From contig CAZBVO010000005.1 in NCBI GenBank assembly GCA_964495385.1, positions 252-64,251 on the forward strand: 64,000 nt of DNA. Direction: 5' to 3'. The notes under the pieces were generated by a model, which had not been told where the DNA came from, did not search any database, and saw only the letters and a list, made by a program, of their open reading frames with translations. The stretch comes from an uncultured Faecalibacterium sp. (lineage in GTDB: Bacteria; Bacillota; Clostridia; Christensenellales; CAG-917). A program made the translations under genes and the position numbers. Below are positions 40,101-43,719 of the stretch, one piece after another; positions within the stretch are counted from its first letter, which is position 1; every line of letters starts with the position of its first letter.

Positions 40101-41140
40101 CAGGCACAATAAGCAGAATCGTGGAAGTCGCTTTTGACGACAACCCGACAAGCTTCACGCAGTACAACTCGACCATAAGCACTCAAGGCGGCTACAAAGT
40201 TACCTACGAAGGCAGTGCCGAAAACTTCGGCTTGAGCTTCGAAATCGGCGGAAACGAGACTTTAAAAGCTGAAATTCACGTTTTACAGCGTTCTATTGAC
40301 TTCAACGGCGCAACAACCAATGAGGACAAGGCAAGCTTTTTGAAGAGCAAAATCACCGGTTTGACCGATGGCGCAAAAACGGGCGAAGTGGTGCTTCCTA
40401 CCACCGTTACTTTGGACCTCGTGGCCGATGAGTACGCAGGTACCACCTATCAGGGAACCACCTTTAAGTCCAATAAGAACTTTACGTTCAACCTTTACTA
40501 CAAGTACACCAAGTACACTTATAAGGACAGCTCGCTGACCGACGTAAACGTTTACACCTACAGCGATGCGGACTTTATGGGAACGGTTACCGGAACCAAG
40601 AACGTTAAGTACTTGACTCAAACCCTCACCGAGGAAACCGTAACCACCAGAAGCGACTGGGCAACCGGCGGCATCAAACTGGGCGGTGGCTCGGAGAAGT
40701 GCGAGTACGTCATCACTTGCTACGTCGGCAGATACTACGAAAACGGTGCGATGGTTGTCAATAAGCAGTTTGCTTTGACTTACCGCATCTCCTTCGGCGG
40801 CTACGAAGAAAAACAAATTTCCTTCGACTTTAGCGGAGCATGGCGCACGGTCGATTCGTACGACTACATTGTGTTCGATTCCGATTACAACCGCAGCTTC
40901 CGTGCAGACGGTTCGACGGTTTCGTCGACTTACGGATTTGTTGCCGACGAAAACGGCCGCTACGTTGTTGTTGACGGCGAATATCAAATCTATGACGCAA
41001 CCAACGCAAAACATGTCGGCCTTGCTCGCTACAAAGTGCAGGCGGCAGGCATGGACGTTAAGTTCCTTGCAAACGGAAACATCGTTTACAACGGCAAGGA
41101 ATACACCAAGTACGACTTGAAGACGTCCGTTAAATCTTAA
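22073..41140 (+). CDS. giant (6,355 aa) putative surface lipoprotein with ~14-15 diverged tandem modules and C-terminal Ig-like repeats
   Basis: An uninterrupted 19,068-nt ORF with AGGAGG 8 nt upstream of the ATG. It has the same codon bias as flanking genes and is followed by a strong terminator. No characterised family recognised for the N-terminal ~4,700 aa. Confidence 0.9.
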   Translation: MKKRIDFSKLILVAVVVCCLLAVFAACGSNDTPAGGTPSGSAKPPVNDSKGDDVISSTQNINNGLAMQMIFDSIDKSKAQGQIGSKYMNFAMSTFLFLEHENTAKYIYLDVQAALDIENEKNSKFRFDVRLVDENGDETILMSFYKIDGYFYIDTRNAAGEVTEADGVHVYKSDDMDLEWVAQFAQKMFDELDIGGFLKQDGFGDLIAGLLGDSLGSLSGMISGLLGNTVLDTITMLADPKASNAILTTTETGEQHVYVPLSMLNSLLPTVMGLVPSLLGDSLTDIAELLELAFGWDLDTILSSLSGDVQFGLAINAIIKDDMFQSMDFAVEINDNRSNVGDDDAPYNDLDVRLGACDFNLGVEPDFDMPDFSVIDTIDYSLTTLNADVNIEINAKEHTYTIDTLDAGLGNLISGLIGEGFTFSNTSFGNLPINVDRTVFRLHLKIRLELDLKDNSKTNGLIEIYGSEDDTLRAGVYYVGADETIYVDLSGIGSGRYKMNNYIKTDKQTVAVVDPNGDVVLDGDYYVQYDASKHAGMTRYTLKTVETSSTTSLNLNTMIKDLLDDLVAEKIPSISRLISGYVAKADAVVSSEEGEDSLYDEAKGLIESGDVKIYHYFTSDGATASSETSINEVDVFALIKQILARIEVEKGEGKYNLASLSMDLTGEVFDTIMSMIKPGLTLPVTKADISYIPDQTTWGKAALSIDLALGNETDGDLFGLSLPIEFTYGLHLDDWEMPNFNDYSKPYSAITVDSLSDSLGFDTISLALDGAFRLQMGKSTLELTELQQLLYGILIKLDVENNVDLNYEFSIEANLNINTISSDLWNSIEAKVQITKVSNGGSLDIFLVGGKLYVDASAIGIPKLSINLVDLIEGNTKIEIFGKAMATADETASEESSGMSTEQILGIVAAVIKGVSIDSSAIEVSLATDLIGALVTALAGDNETITSIKPFLESFEVTDGSGLKISLDGLNLSELYIDVNLGVSKDDFGLDLGLGLGHILVGLEALDLAPTNPDTYEDVLSNMQFYLALTLEIGIEMSENEIDLSTAAGGLLGDLLVGLNIEEDINPGLILNLQANLDLKNAPQDNETELLLTITGRQSGEVLIGVYYASGSLYADVPLLGIEKFYINLDLIDLIAGLLGDDDASASALATADGEQTGENTESSSGLGDVLASLDLSSVVLGLALGDEGIKVEVATGITGALLSYLASAIEGSAAGSQLDTATAALIEALKTNTPVHYTDENGNDKVQNISLPEIGAEVAIVWGEEGVPFLNALGLEVNVSLKDGENTVLGIDVGLYGLQIGFKARNFLDNVPLEDFTYIDLLTIGDDVQFNLDIVHFDISGYFYAAADENAVDDNATDLGSILENFYNYDENGNLTEDGTNSILRALSEIILKCEVLTDLEQYYGIRLAGNISLGALITTGTLDVKDLLQNSELAVEIYYGKVEMGNDPILGLYLQNGMLYIRLNGTVADNVRLKFNLLGSGLLDGLFGSSDDTSSESTGEAVASALDGSTFPLIPANILDLLNGALSGIGISKDAISIGIGAKLIDAIVTLVMGKEVTGMPEFNEEESRLWLGFDDGVSLNLMLKINPVSVGFSINHIGLGLQAGSVIPATEEAVFESEYTSLADLSTVSLSLEAGIDIVLKENELKVGDIVSAFVSDLTTSLGISFEDDYTASIGLSLKGNLDFSNALATEVSLEISLLQDAGKKLLIGVYIDGADVYAQFPGLNVSAFKITDIEAIEELLNDVYSTISGLLKGLDSNSEEGALATADDDEETMDLIFALSKNTVKIELSTALISGIIGMLPSFGLQIEDNLVDGIQGIVESLDAGASVSINLHDVLLRVDVDTNVLGLGIWLGYPQIGTSFIEGVLAPVESNPDIFVDFNEDGNIYVELELAIRYRLTETETELNGLLGDLLGDVSLGDVSLTSLLNKLLVRLCLTNDALGEVGLKIMVNANVKNILANVDNLDLNTILGSLDLALEVTLGSKKVYVALVDYVDAAGQASKYIFLKLDEIGVQNMKISFDVLSGIISGIGSESVAEGVAALASDESTESSTSENSTMALISKLLNLDGNYIGVGERGLEIRIAHDIVMVLLSELLTDFEFSDGSLDAVSLVNEKTDDTAFMPVGEATDDDIMDNRPYVKIDGEYVLYDSGDNRHDGLQQYYKVRSTSVTVKACDPKNGGKASINVDIALALGLDIGLSVYGYRVGFSSNNMNLPLGDMDDYSDVANIMQDKITVSLDAYVDLSLLDDADYNVSPIIKTVFDMLNVSGIDGLADLLYVISLKTGNNRLNIGLGVAFTINDIVNMVSGGSVDLDNFDIALEIFDYDALGNRVVYIGVYLYEGNAYVDMYNYNGSPVLYIENAAQSIIDLITGAASEEEGAALASDEGEQLSAEEMGLKLGIDVVLGSAGLGVLVHTGLVETLLDLLLPDMDLHLVEIFGDIGAKVMINWEDAQGLADLGIDVAVTLGQLQIGLGIGNIGLAINPEDGVVPESVVGEATNITQVPLNAGLSIQLVLGAENGNFNIGDLLSGLLPGLELDLNVPAEDGETLQLDLNVELSVNLEDFNTLEVKIELWMAGIQEDVLLLGAYYTRGVVYLDARGLLGDGAKLQITGLDLGGILENMLGESLGHNNASGATASADEFDVEMAAVQIILDGKAISVRLTSALLDWVLGLDAVKNAITLPDGIALDALLSIGYINEETGLFDLSVSLDAVVAEMLRIGLKIHNIDIGFKHNDLVVIEDAYSYVEAVDMNMAYDTTTKGITVNPEILLEHVNLQLELDVYSLMIGQNGTDTIDLSDIFQPLFANISEFMAKILVQDGSGNAAELINNLSLKVAADVKLKQLMETVDFSNLDVMALLECINLGIEVYDNGLKIIGIYLSEGNVYLQLDGLGFENIIAEKSFLDKLLGKLLGGETTGVATASADDTMATIVNVINSLIASIDVADKTLSIVIANSYLTELFNLVFPDLGVKAPEFDLGRNAISINLNRGFYQLFDEATAQQLFYAKNDTYGTQVAVYDAEGNYVIENYDSTSAAHFGLHRYDFYVYLGDEYVKYDPTNPTHAKLDKYVFVQRNGLIEVDLSFFSSELGIYVPMPTVGLSALNFDIPEDGWQSITETHGIQIGLNGTIGLNTNNIKDLTAGQILGGILGDLDTKVTIDKMDMNLSYDIDLYLGFKYDLDAMSFDITALDLSLRLIRDNGDAGKTVQTTIIYDGTAGKAYVDLGFLGLPKLSVDGLKISDLLEMIMGGEDDVSEDPSGAMATDGDSMDHSATSDVFSDVASVVMLLKNNFLSVGLSGKLIVSLVQLIAGEELGNTIAGYLPNLGVEVRLQLHPFIMGLFIQLQDADCNKVVDLYLTFNGFDFDENGFEGGSDIKIYDTEDYNGELVNIDPSEFSNLLTVNLDADTDLGESAVELTLDTLSLAAELNLGLVAFEDVKDWAKAFEPLFGIGEEEMQMIIATLEEDSVTDIGIKIEGNVALGGLLSTPMSLAGTEIRITLSLETTSGSSALKGSNIVITVIGEEANGKAGIYIDLSNYRNLGKLKLELDLAGLLGGIGSGSAIASAEGTNYGLLGEDIFNVLNGILGEIKLSEGTISVNLSEDLFGRIFDMLLANNPNFAGIDYEDMPKVSGGLSIDIFTLTIKVTLVVQETMSVELKLHNITLDTKPIEEVVDSGSMAPATAAEFKDIFKTSLEIQLLGSLGYTLNATGKPAADLSEIFTLIQNDSGMSLLQNPLVEIDVANNVDMHHVVNTYVYVDLADFNKLKIALEIYKDVDDMTNGTGAAIAAYVDGKDIYVDVSALGIPKLRIANINLGDIINDALASTGLFTASDGSAEYDMGQSWGNLLFGDSGNITAYLALVFAPERFAVGINMSMIDAIIKVVQRSQGQDVDFTENLLPDFGEASLSIDSREYVPVSQVGKNQFANYDEQYVRTGVKNAEENHKEYTYTLITSGLDKSAAYLETNYRSGKYYVTLNGVDTEIDTSFNTIYVKSGSKYKAASATELASESTVYYVAKYIKLNNSPRPALTLKLSDDFYGVLQLDDFVLSVNDSVQNNLANHPHYKSTDDLFADNVYSATDFQTVYDLATGEIGVEKLAIGATLEFTLGTVTGANDSTSTAYANTLQNYLSVLIGSLLVPGTMDESFSLYASKNEQLKNYLVTAAAGADVSYDVTLKIVIDVPSVITDGIISITGLLKSEISVEMHITSYGNVKKLVLGLYKVADDDAVYADLSGLGLPKIKLFGLNDLLGGLSIDLGGLLGSAMATAEDDSQVAEKARITLTLDEGLIELSLEPEAIYQIMNYAGTQVYDADEYSPYKYVVTQDRNGYFKRIPMPDAQSATVSLNILDKLESIEVNVVVDSYGSNLYLALKDLTLTTDAEDFIQERELPDETERENYGAIYLASGGEMNLRNILSSVLEAHDLDMQIGLLHNVSRKYDGKVNAKVGDSTKVRARTLINIQTTGASTVTETTEGGTKLGSNVLLVNLDIYLPKAGSGKEQKNVVDIYLYNNQIAGDLSGALQGSSSNFLYNLILGFLTDLSFGDLNLVDLILDLVGASSSASSAVATAEEGATASSFEVFSNLDIGTLIQGIKLDWWNGYDIDASNAFINGTSYTNRSDRYTTVEIDLDLSLFNKMFADLNYIIDSAIPGLLGVDEKYRILSPAQYEIFDGLTYEQRIEYLLTGSVKDVSGLPDATIYGFGNGFYENLIGAIGGMIGFDIGGILGLLGTAEGNLRGIVEALFPFPIFDEGTTAKAVIVLDKGTKNSESMALVSTIAILLGCEPGDTVDKMGTMTNGTNAGQAFALVIKNGKINIKSAKSWDWYNASEKATGTNLISSNVTYTVMDAFDPWEINASSLHDEARLPQHVYVTFNDGTNTLNSGAKDLAGTSVIWDSSTVDLTPGATSYMYGYAGNVNVGKVKVEVSNLTAYQSLYGYLDENGQFVRSTKLHIDPLGVASGSVKKLPSTIVILLNNSTFQVLSTDYDEKNLPTVPDTIAAKAKYGKLHWKTDIDVLDGLDGDYDNFEFWYTVAGSSRIHKSLTVTHYDRTVASVTLPDEERFNMLTDGTGDVLSLTEETYDVVANFESLKEIEVTFTTGEKATLSVEWDLTKLKRSYDKEKAYLGLDAEVTAKVGVKEGVEQRINIPLHLDKKVVDRITPDSVTGKTPTFSFNPYDEYVGDSISLTDGNLLDVELFVGSATTTATTRVATTLVLPARNKVDLGYEGTTSFIATVQIGGVFAADGTVLSKPQKANVRVNVLDKTVKNVNVQFNDGAVWKLASISHGQAIDLTGYVANSTGVTFTDGTVGTMRVVEVMLKQNQTITNNGGNVQATVKVCGVSDTDLSNLQTIDTVIMLPRNQARTVYVDKATYAADGMLLVEYTKGGKKNDYTAQYALNVPGLAAEIADKNEGDVITVDGGIKIGSETVFSVTVIDGGAGGAAASAEDEYVAQVYSIPGAVASSDDTITVDGDLEVLEILDADALSIVCDPMSDSEIKYPTNVRIRVRIDGQEQIVLATAEFFSIYGNVNNPVTSLPFVTEEVESASGNVYQNPQYEGGNYDNALVRFWYGGKSAIVNVPLFVLNRVVVNDDMQAQFVVVNPYEYDCDPASPNFSLERYVMVTFESGEVKKYPISWENLDVEYLASEGKTFTATATYGEGMGYFKKDITVIIYSYLPSVEKLSAVQKILDEASFLAYPDANDSSTDAMNVANYPATTTVTIGKTKTTLQLRWDLSNIHYTYEGGTFEVPCKVGQAGFGETEVKFSVTVKPCLVVSDDIQSRLTSLEDFKDFATGLNMLDVGYEAPAISECRVDFDGMETVTEKITWDMSEVKKGLSGAATPIGGVYTFTVYAIIRNKEFAGPQKIPFTFKYYDYEVADVSKVSGSHSDIFDTATVIDPYNVTPLSFPSTVYVKFKRAGTSVETDYYAFSTTNATYNLVWDKSGYNIKYNSNSCKVVAKLSRSGLGFEKAFDFTVKNRYAARFKFADSETVYYVRDGVIYTDKDCLQKYVLVVDAYGNYSAGTISRIVEVAFDDNPTSFTQYNSTISTQGGYKVTYEGSAENFGLSFEIGGNETLKAEIHVLQRSIDFNGATTNEDKASFLKSKITGLTDGAKTGEVVLPTTVTLDLVADEYAGTTYQGTTFKSNKNFTFNLYYKYTKYTYKDSSLTDVNVYTYSDADFMGTVTGTKNVKYLTQTLTEETVTTRSDWATGGIKLGGGSEKCEYVITCYVGRYYENGAMVVNKQFALTYRISFGGYEEKQISFDFSGAWRTVDSYDYIVFDSDYNRSFRADGSTVSSTYGFVADENGRYVVVDGEYQIYDATNAKHVGLARYKVQAAGMDVKFLANGNIVYNGKEYTKYDLKTSVKS
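23400..36253 (+). repeat. protein-level tandem array of ~14-15 diverged modules (255-435 aa each) inside the giant ORF
   Basis: Each module has a recurrent G(V/I)YY..G..Y.D core, then an LG(I/L)PK(L/F) element, then an amphipathic DLI..LLG segment. It closes with an acidic/Ser linker carrying A-x-A-[TS]-A-[DE] (coordinates in findings). There is no obvious nucleotide-level identity between copies. Confidence 0.75.
36560..41137 (+). repeat. C-terminal array of Ig-like (Big_4-like) beta-sandwich repeats in the giant ORF
   Basis: At least 7 copies of the pattern [LP..V.V.F.DG/T ... V/I.W(D/E)....] were seen. Examples: LPQHVYVTFNDGT...SVIWDSS, KATLSVEWDLTKL, KKYPISWENLDVEY, TTLQLRWDLSNIHY, TEKITWDMSEVKKG, YNLVWDKSGYN. 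Confidence 0.55.
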
Positions 41141-41144
41141 CTTT

Positions 41145-41181
41145 AAAAACCGCTTCGCAAAAAAATGCGAGGCGGTTTTTG
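41145..41181 (+). terminator. rho-independent terminator of the giant ORF
   Basis: A 14-bp stem AAAACCGCTTCGCA (41146-41159) pairs with TGCGAGGCGGTTTT (41166-41179) with one G-U pair. It has an A6 loop and a T-run. Confidence 0.85.
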
Positions 41182-41198
41182 AATGTACTAAAAAAGTA

Positions 41199-41227
41199 TT
41201 GAAATGCCAAATTATTTGTGCTATAAT
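41199..41227 (+). promoter_or_regulatory. candidate sigma-A promoter (TTGAAA-N17-TGc-TATAAT) for the SPFH/zinc-ribbon pair
   Basis: TTGAAA at 41199-41204, a 17-nt spacer ending in TGC, and TATAAT at 41222-41227. GGAGG RBS, ATG at 41266. Confidence 0.6.
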
Positions 41228-41265
41228 TATCTCAATCTAAAAAAATCCTAATACGGAGGTATAAT

Positions 41266-42333
41266 ATGGGTTTTATTAAAAGACAACTTTTGAAGGTTAT
41301 CGAATGGAAGGACGAAAGCACCGATATCATCGTGCAACGCTTCGACGTTCCCGACAGATATGAAATTATGAAAGGCTCGCAACTGACCGTCAGAGAATCG
41401 CAAGCCTGCATTTTTGTGAACGAAGGCAAAATCGCCGACGTGTTCGGCCCGGGACGCTACAAACTCGACACCGAAAACCTGCCGTTCCTTACCGCAATTT
41501 GCAACTGGAAGTATGCGTTCGAAACGCCGTTTAAGGGCGACGTTTACTTTGTAAACACCAAACAGTTCGTCAACCAAAGATGGGGCACAACCAACCCGAT
41601 TATGCTTCGTGACGCAGATTTCGGCGTCATAAGGCTGCGCGGCTACGGCATTTACAGTTTTAAGGTGGTGGATCCTAAAAAATTGATGACCGAACTTAGC
41701 GGCACAAACGGCTCCTACCGCACGGAAACCGTGAACGAAGTTTTCAGAAAGGTTATAGTTTCCAAATTGACCGACATCATCGGCGAAAGCAAGATTTCTG
41801 CTTTGGACCTTGCGATGAACTATGACGAGCTCGGTGCCGCTGCAGAAAAGGCAATTGTTCCGGAACTTGTCAAATACGGCCTCGAAGTTACCGGCTTCCA
41901 CATCGAAAACATGTCGCTTCCGGAGGAAGTGGAAAAGATGATCGATAAGCGCACCTCTATGGGCGTTATCGGCGACAAGATCGGCACGTACACGCAGTAT
42001 CAAACCGCAGAAGCCATCCGCGAAGCGGCCAAAAACCCGGGTTCTGCCGGCACGTTTGCAGGCGCGGGAATAGGCCTTGGCGCAGGCATCGGAATGGGCG
42101 GCGTTTTTGCCGACAGCCTTAAAGCCGCAAAAGACGAAAACGTAGGTTCAGGCATCGGAAACGGCAGCAAAAAGTCCGTTTGCGCAAAATGCGGAGCAAA
42201 TATACCTACAAGTGCGAAGTTCTGCCCGGAATGCGGCGAGAAAGTGGTTAAGGGTGCGTTTTGCCCGGAATGCGGCAAAAGCGTTCAGCCAAACGCAAAA
42301 TTCTGCCCGGAGTGCGGAACAAAAATAAAATAG
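41266..42333 (+). CDS. SPFH/band-7 domain protein with C-terminal double zinc ribbon (YdjI-like)
   Basis: The N-terminal MGFIKRQLLKVIEWKD... region matches the SPFH 'virion core protein-like' family pattern. After a Gly-rich linker, the tail is CAKCG..CPECG..CPECG..CPECG. Confidence 0.8.
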   Translation: MGFIKRQLLKVIEWKDESTDIIVQRFDVPDRYEIMKGSQLTVRESQACIFVNEGKIADVFGPGRYKLDTENLPFLTAICNWKYAFETPFKGDVYFVNTKQFVNQRWGTTNPIMLRDADFGVIRLRGYGIYSFKVVDPKKLMTELSGTNGSYRTETVNEVFRKVIVSKLTDIIGESKISALDLAMNYDELGAAAEKAIVPELVKYGLEVTGFHIENMSLPEEVEKMIDKRTSMGVIGDKIGTYTQYQTAEAIREAAKNPGSAGTFAGAGIGLGAGIGMGGVFADSLKAAKDENVGSGIGNGSKKSVCAKCGANIPTSAKFCPECGEKVVKGAFCPECGKSVQPNAKFCPECGTKIK

Positions 42334-42339
42334 TTTAGT

Positions 42340-43401
42340 ATGTCGGATATTTCAACAAGCGATGTCATAAAATGCCCGTCCTGCGGCGCAAATATGGAGT
42401 ATTCGCCGGAGTTTGGCTGTTTGGTTTGTCCATATTGCAAGACGGAAAAACCGATTGATATGATTCCCGTCGGCGAGGGCTGGGACTTCAAAACTTTTGA
42501 CGAAAAAAACGAGGTTCCCGAAGTCGGAGCAAACGTTTACGTTTGCCCGAATTGCAAGGCGGAGACTGTCGTCACGGGGTTCAGAACCGCCGAGCAATGC
42601 CCGTTTTGCGGCTCGACAAACATTATTTCGGCCGACAATTTGCAAGGCAAAAAACCCGACTGCATTTTGCCGTTTATTATCACCAAAGAAAAGGCCGTGC
42701 AAAGCAGCAAAAAGTGGATTAAAAGCAAATGGTTTGCTCCGACGAAGTTTAAAAAATCGTTTACGCCCGACGTTATGAAACCCGTTTACGAGCCTGCGTA
42801 TGCGTTTACGTCGGACACCGAAAGCAGCTATGACGGACGCCTCGGTGAAAACGAAACGAGGACGGTCGGAAGCGGCGAACACCGCCACACCGAAACCTAT
42901 ATCAGATGGTTTTACGTCAAAGGCACTTATAAAAAACGGTTTGACGACATGATTATCGAGGCCTCTTTGTATTTGACTCAAAGTCAAATGGACAAGATAG
43001 GGCCGTTCGACACGTCAAATGCCGTCGAGTACCGCAAAGAATTTTTGGCCGGTTGCGTTGCCGAACGCCCGTGCGACAGCGTGCAAAAATGCTTCGAGAC
43101 GGCCAAAAACAAAATGGATGACGAAATCAAGCGCGGCATTTTGAACAAATATTCCGCCGACCACGTCGACTATCTGAACATATACACAAATCACAAAACA
43201 ATCTATTTTAAGGCGATACTGTATCCGATATATCACAGTTTCTTTGCTTATCAAGGCAAGAAATACGAATATTTCGTCAACGGTCGCACCGGCAAAGCGA
43301 GCGGAAAAACGCCTGTCTCGCCGTGGAAAGTCGGCATCGCGGTGCTGGTTGCTTTGGCGCTCGTGGTGGGATTTTTGTATCTAATTGGCTTTTTTGAATA
43401 A
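42340..43401 (+). CDS. zinc-ribbon protein with C-terminal TM anchor (YdjG-like)
   Basis: Two N-terminal zinc ribbons (CPSCG...CPYC; CPNC...CPFCG), a central conserved region (ILPF.I.K..A...KWIKSKWFAP), and a C-terminal TM (WKVGIAVLVALALVVGFLYLIGFF). It starts 6 nt after the SPFH stop. Confidence 0.65.
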   Translation: MSDISTSDVIKCPSCGANMEYSPEFGCLVCPYCKTEKPIDMIPVGEGWDFKTFDEKNEVPEVGANVYVCPNCKAETVVTGFRTAEQCPFCGSTNIISADNLQGKKPDCILPFIITKEKAVQSSKKWIKSKWFAPTKFKKSFTPDVMKPVYEPAYAFTSDTESSYDGRLGENETRTVGSGEHRHTETYIRWFYVKGTYKKRFDDMIIEASLYLTQSQMDKIGPFDTSNAVEYRKEFLAGCVAERPCDSVQKCFETAKNKMDDEIKRGILNKYSADHVDYLNIYTNHKTIYFKAILYPIYHSFFAYQGKKYEYFVNGRTGKASGKTPVSPWKVGIAVLVALALVVGFLYLIGFFE

Positions 43402-43431
43402 AATAAAGATAAACATTTAAGGAGAAATATA

Positions 43432-43644
43432 ATGAAACAAATCACAAAGGAAATGCTGATTTCCGAACTTATGGATCAAGTTGACAACCAAGAAGCCGTC
43501 ATCGACAAACTTCTTTCGTGCGGAATGCATTGCTTGGGCTGCATGATGGCTCACGGCGAAACCATCGAAGAAGCCGCTATGGTTCACGGCATCGACGCCG
43601 ACGAGCTTATCGCTTCGCTTAACGAGGTCGCATTCAACGACTAA
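43432..43644 (+). CDS. DUF1858 / hybrid-cluster-protein-associated redox disulfide domain protein
   Basis: 70 aa; ...LLSCGMHCLGCMMAHGETIEEAAMVHGID..L matches the DUF1858 small-protein pattern with a C-x2-C. AAGGAGA RBS. Confidence 0.75.
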   Translation: MKQITKEMLISELMDQVDNQEAVIDKLLSCGMHCLGCMMAHGETIEEAAMVHGIDADELIASLNEVAFND

Positions 43645-43654
43645 AACAAACCTT

Positions 43655-43682
43655 AAAACGCCTCTTAGTAGGCGTTTTTTTG
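43655..43682 (+). terminator. rho-independent terminator
   Basis: Stem ACGCCT (43658-43663) pairs with AGGCGT (43670-43675), followed by a T7 run. Confidence 0.8.
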
Positions 43683-43719
43683 TTGGTATAATAAGGAAAA
43701 AAGGCGGCAAACTAACCGT

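Noticed and set aside
22241-41014. Very long minus-strand ORFs inside the giant gene. Examples: 30569-34675 (1,368 aa), 27989-30442 (817 aa), 23225-25540 (771 aa), 36827-38824 (665 aa), 35222-36655 and 26249-27652.
   Set aside because: All are in the codon-aligned antisense phase of the sense ORF (their coordinates are congruent with 22073 mod 3). They stay open simply because the sense strand avoids TTA/CTA/TCA codons. Their translations are low-complexity (V/F/D/A/G/Q/R/N-rich), and I saw no RBS or promoter for them. The sense frame has the signal peptide, RBS and coherent repeat structure. These are shadow ORFs.
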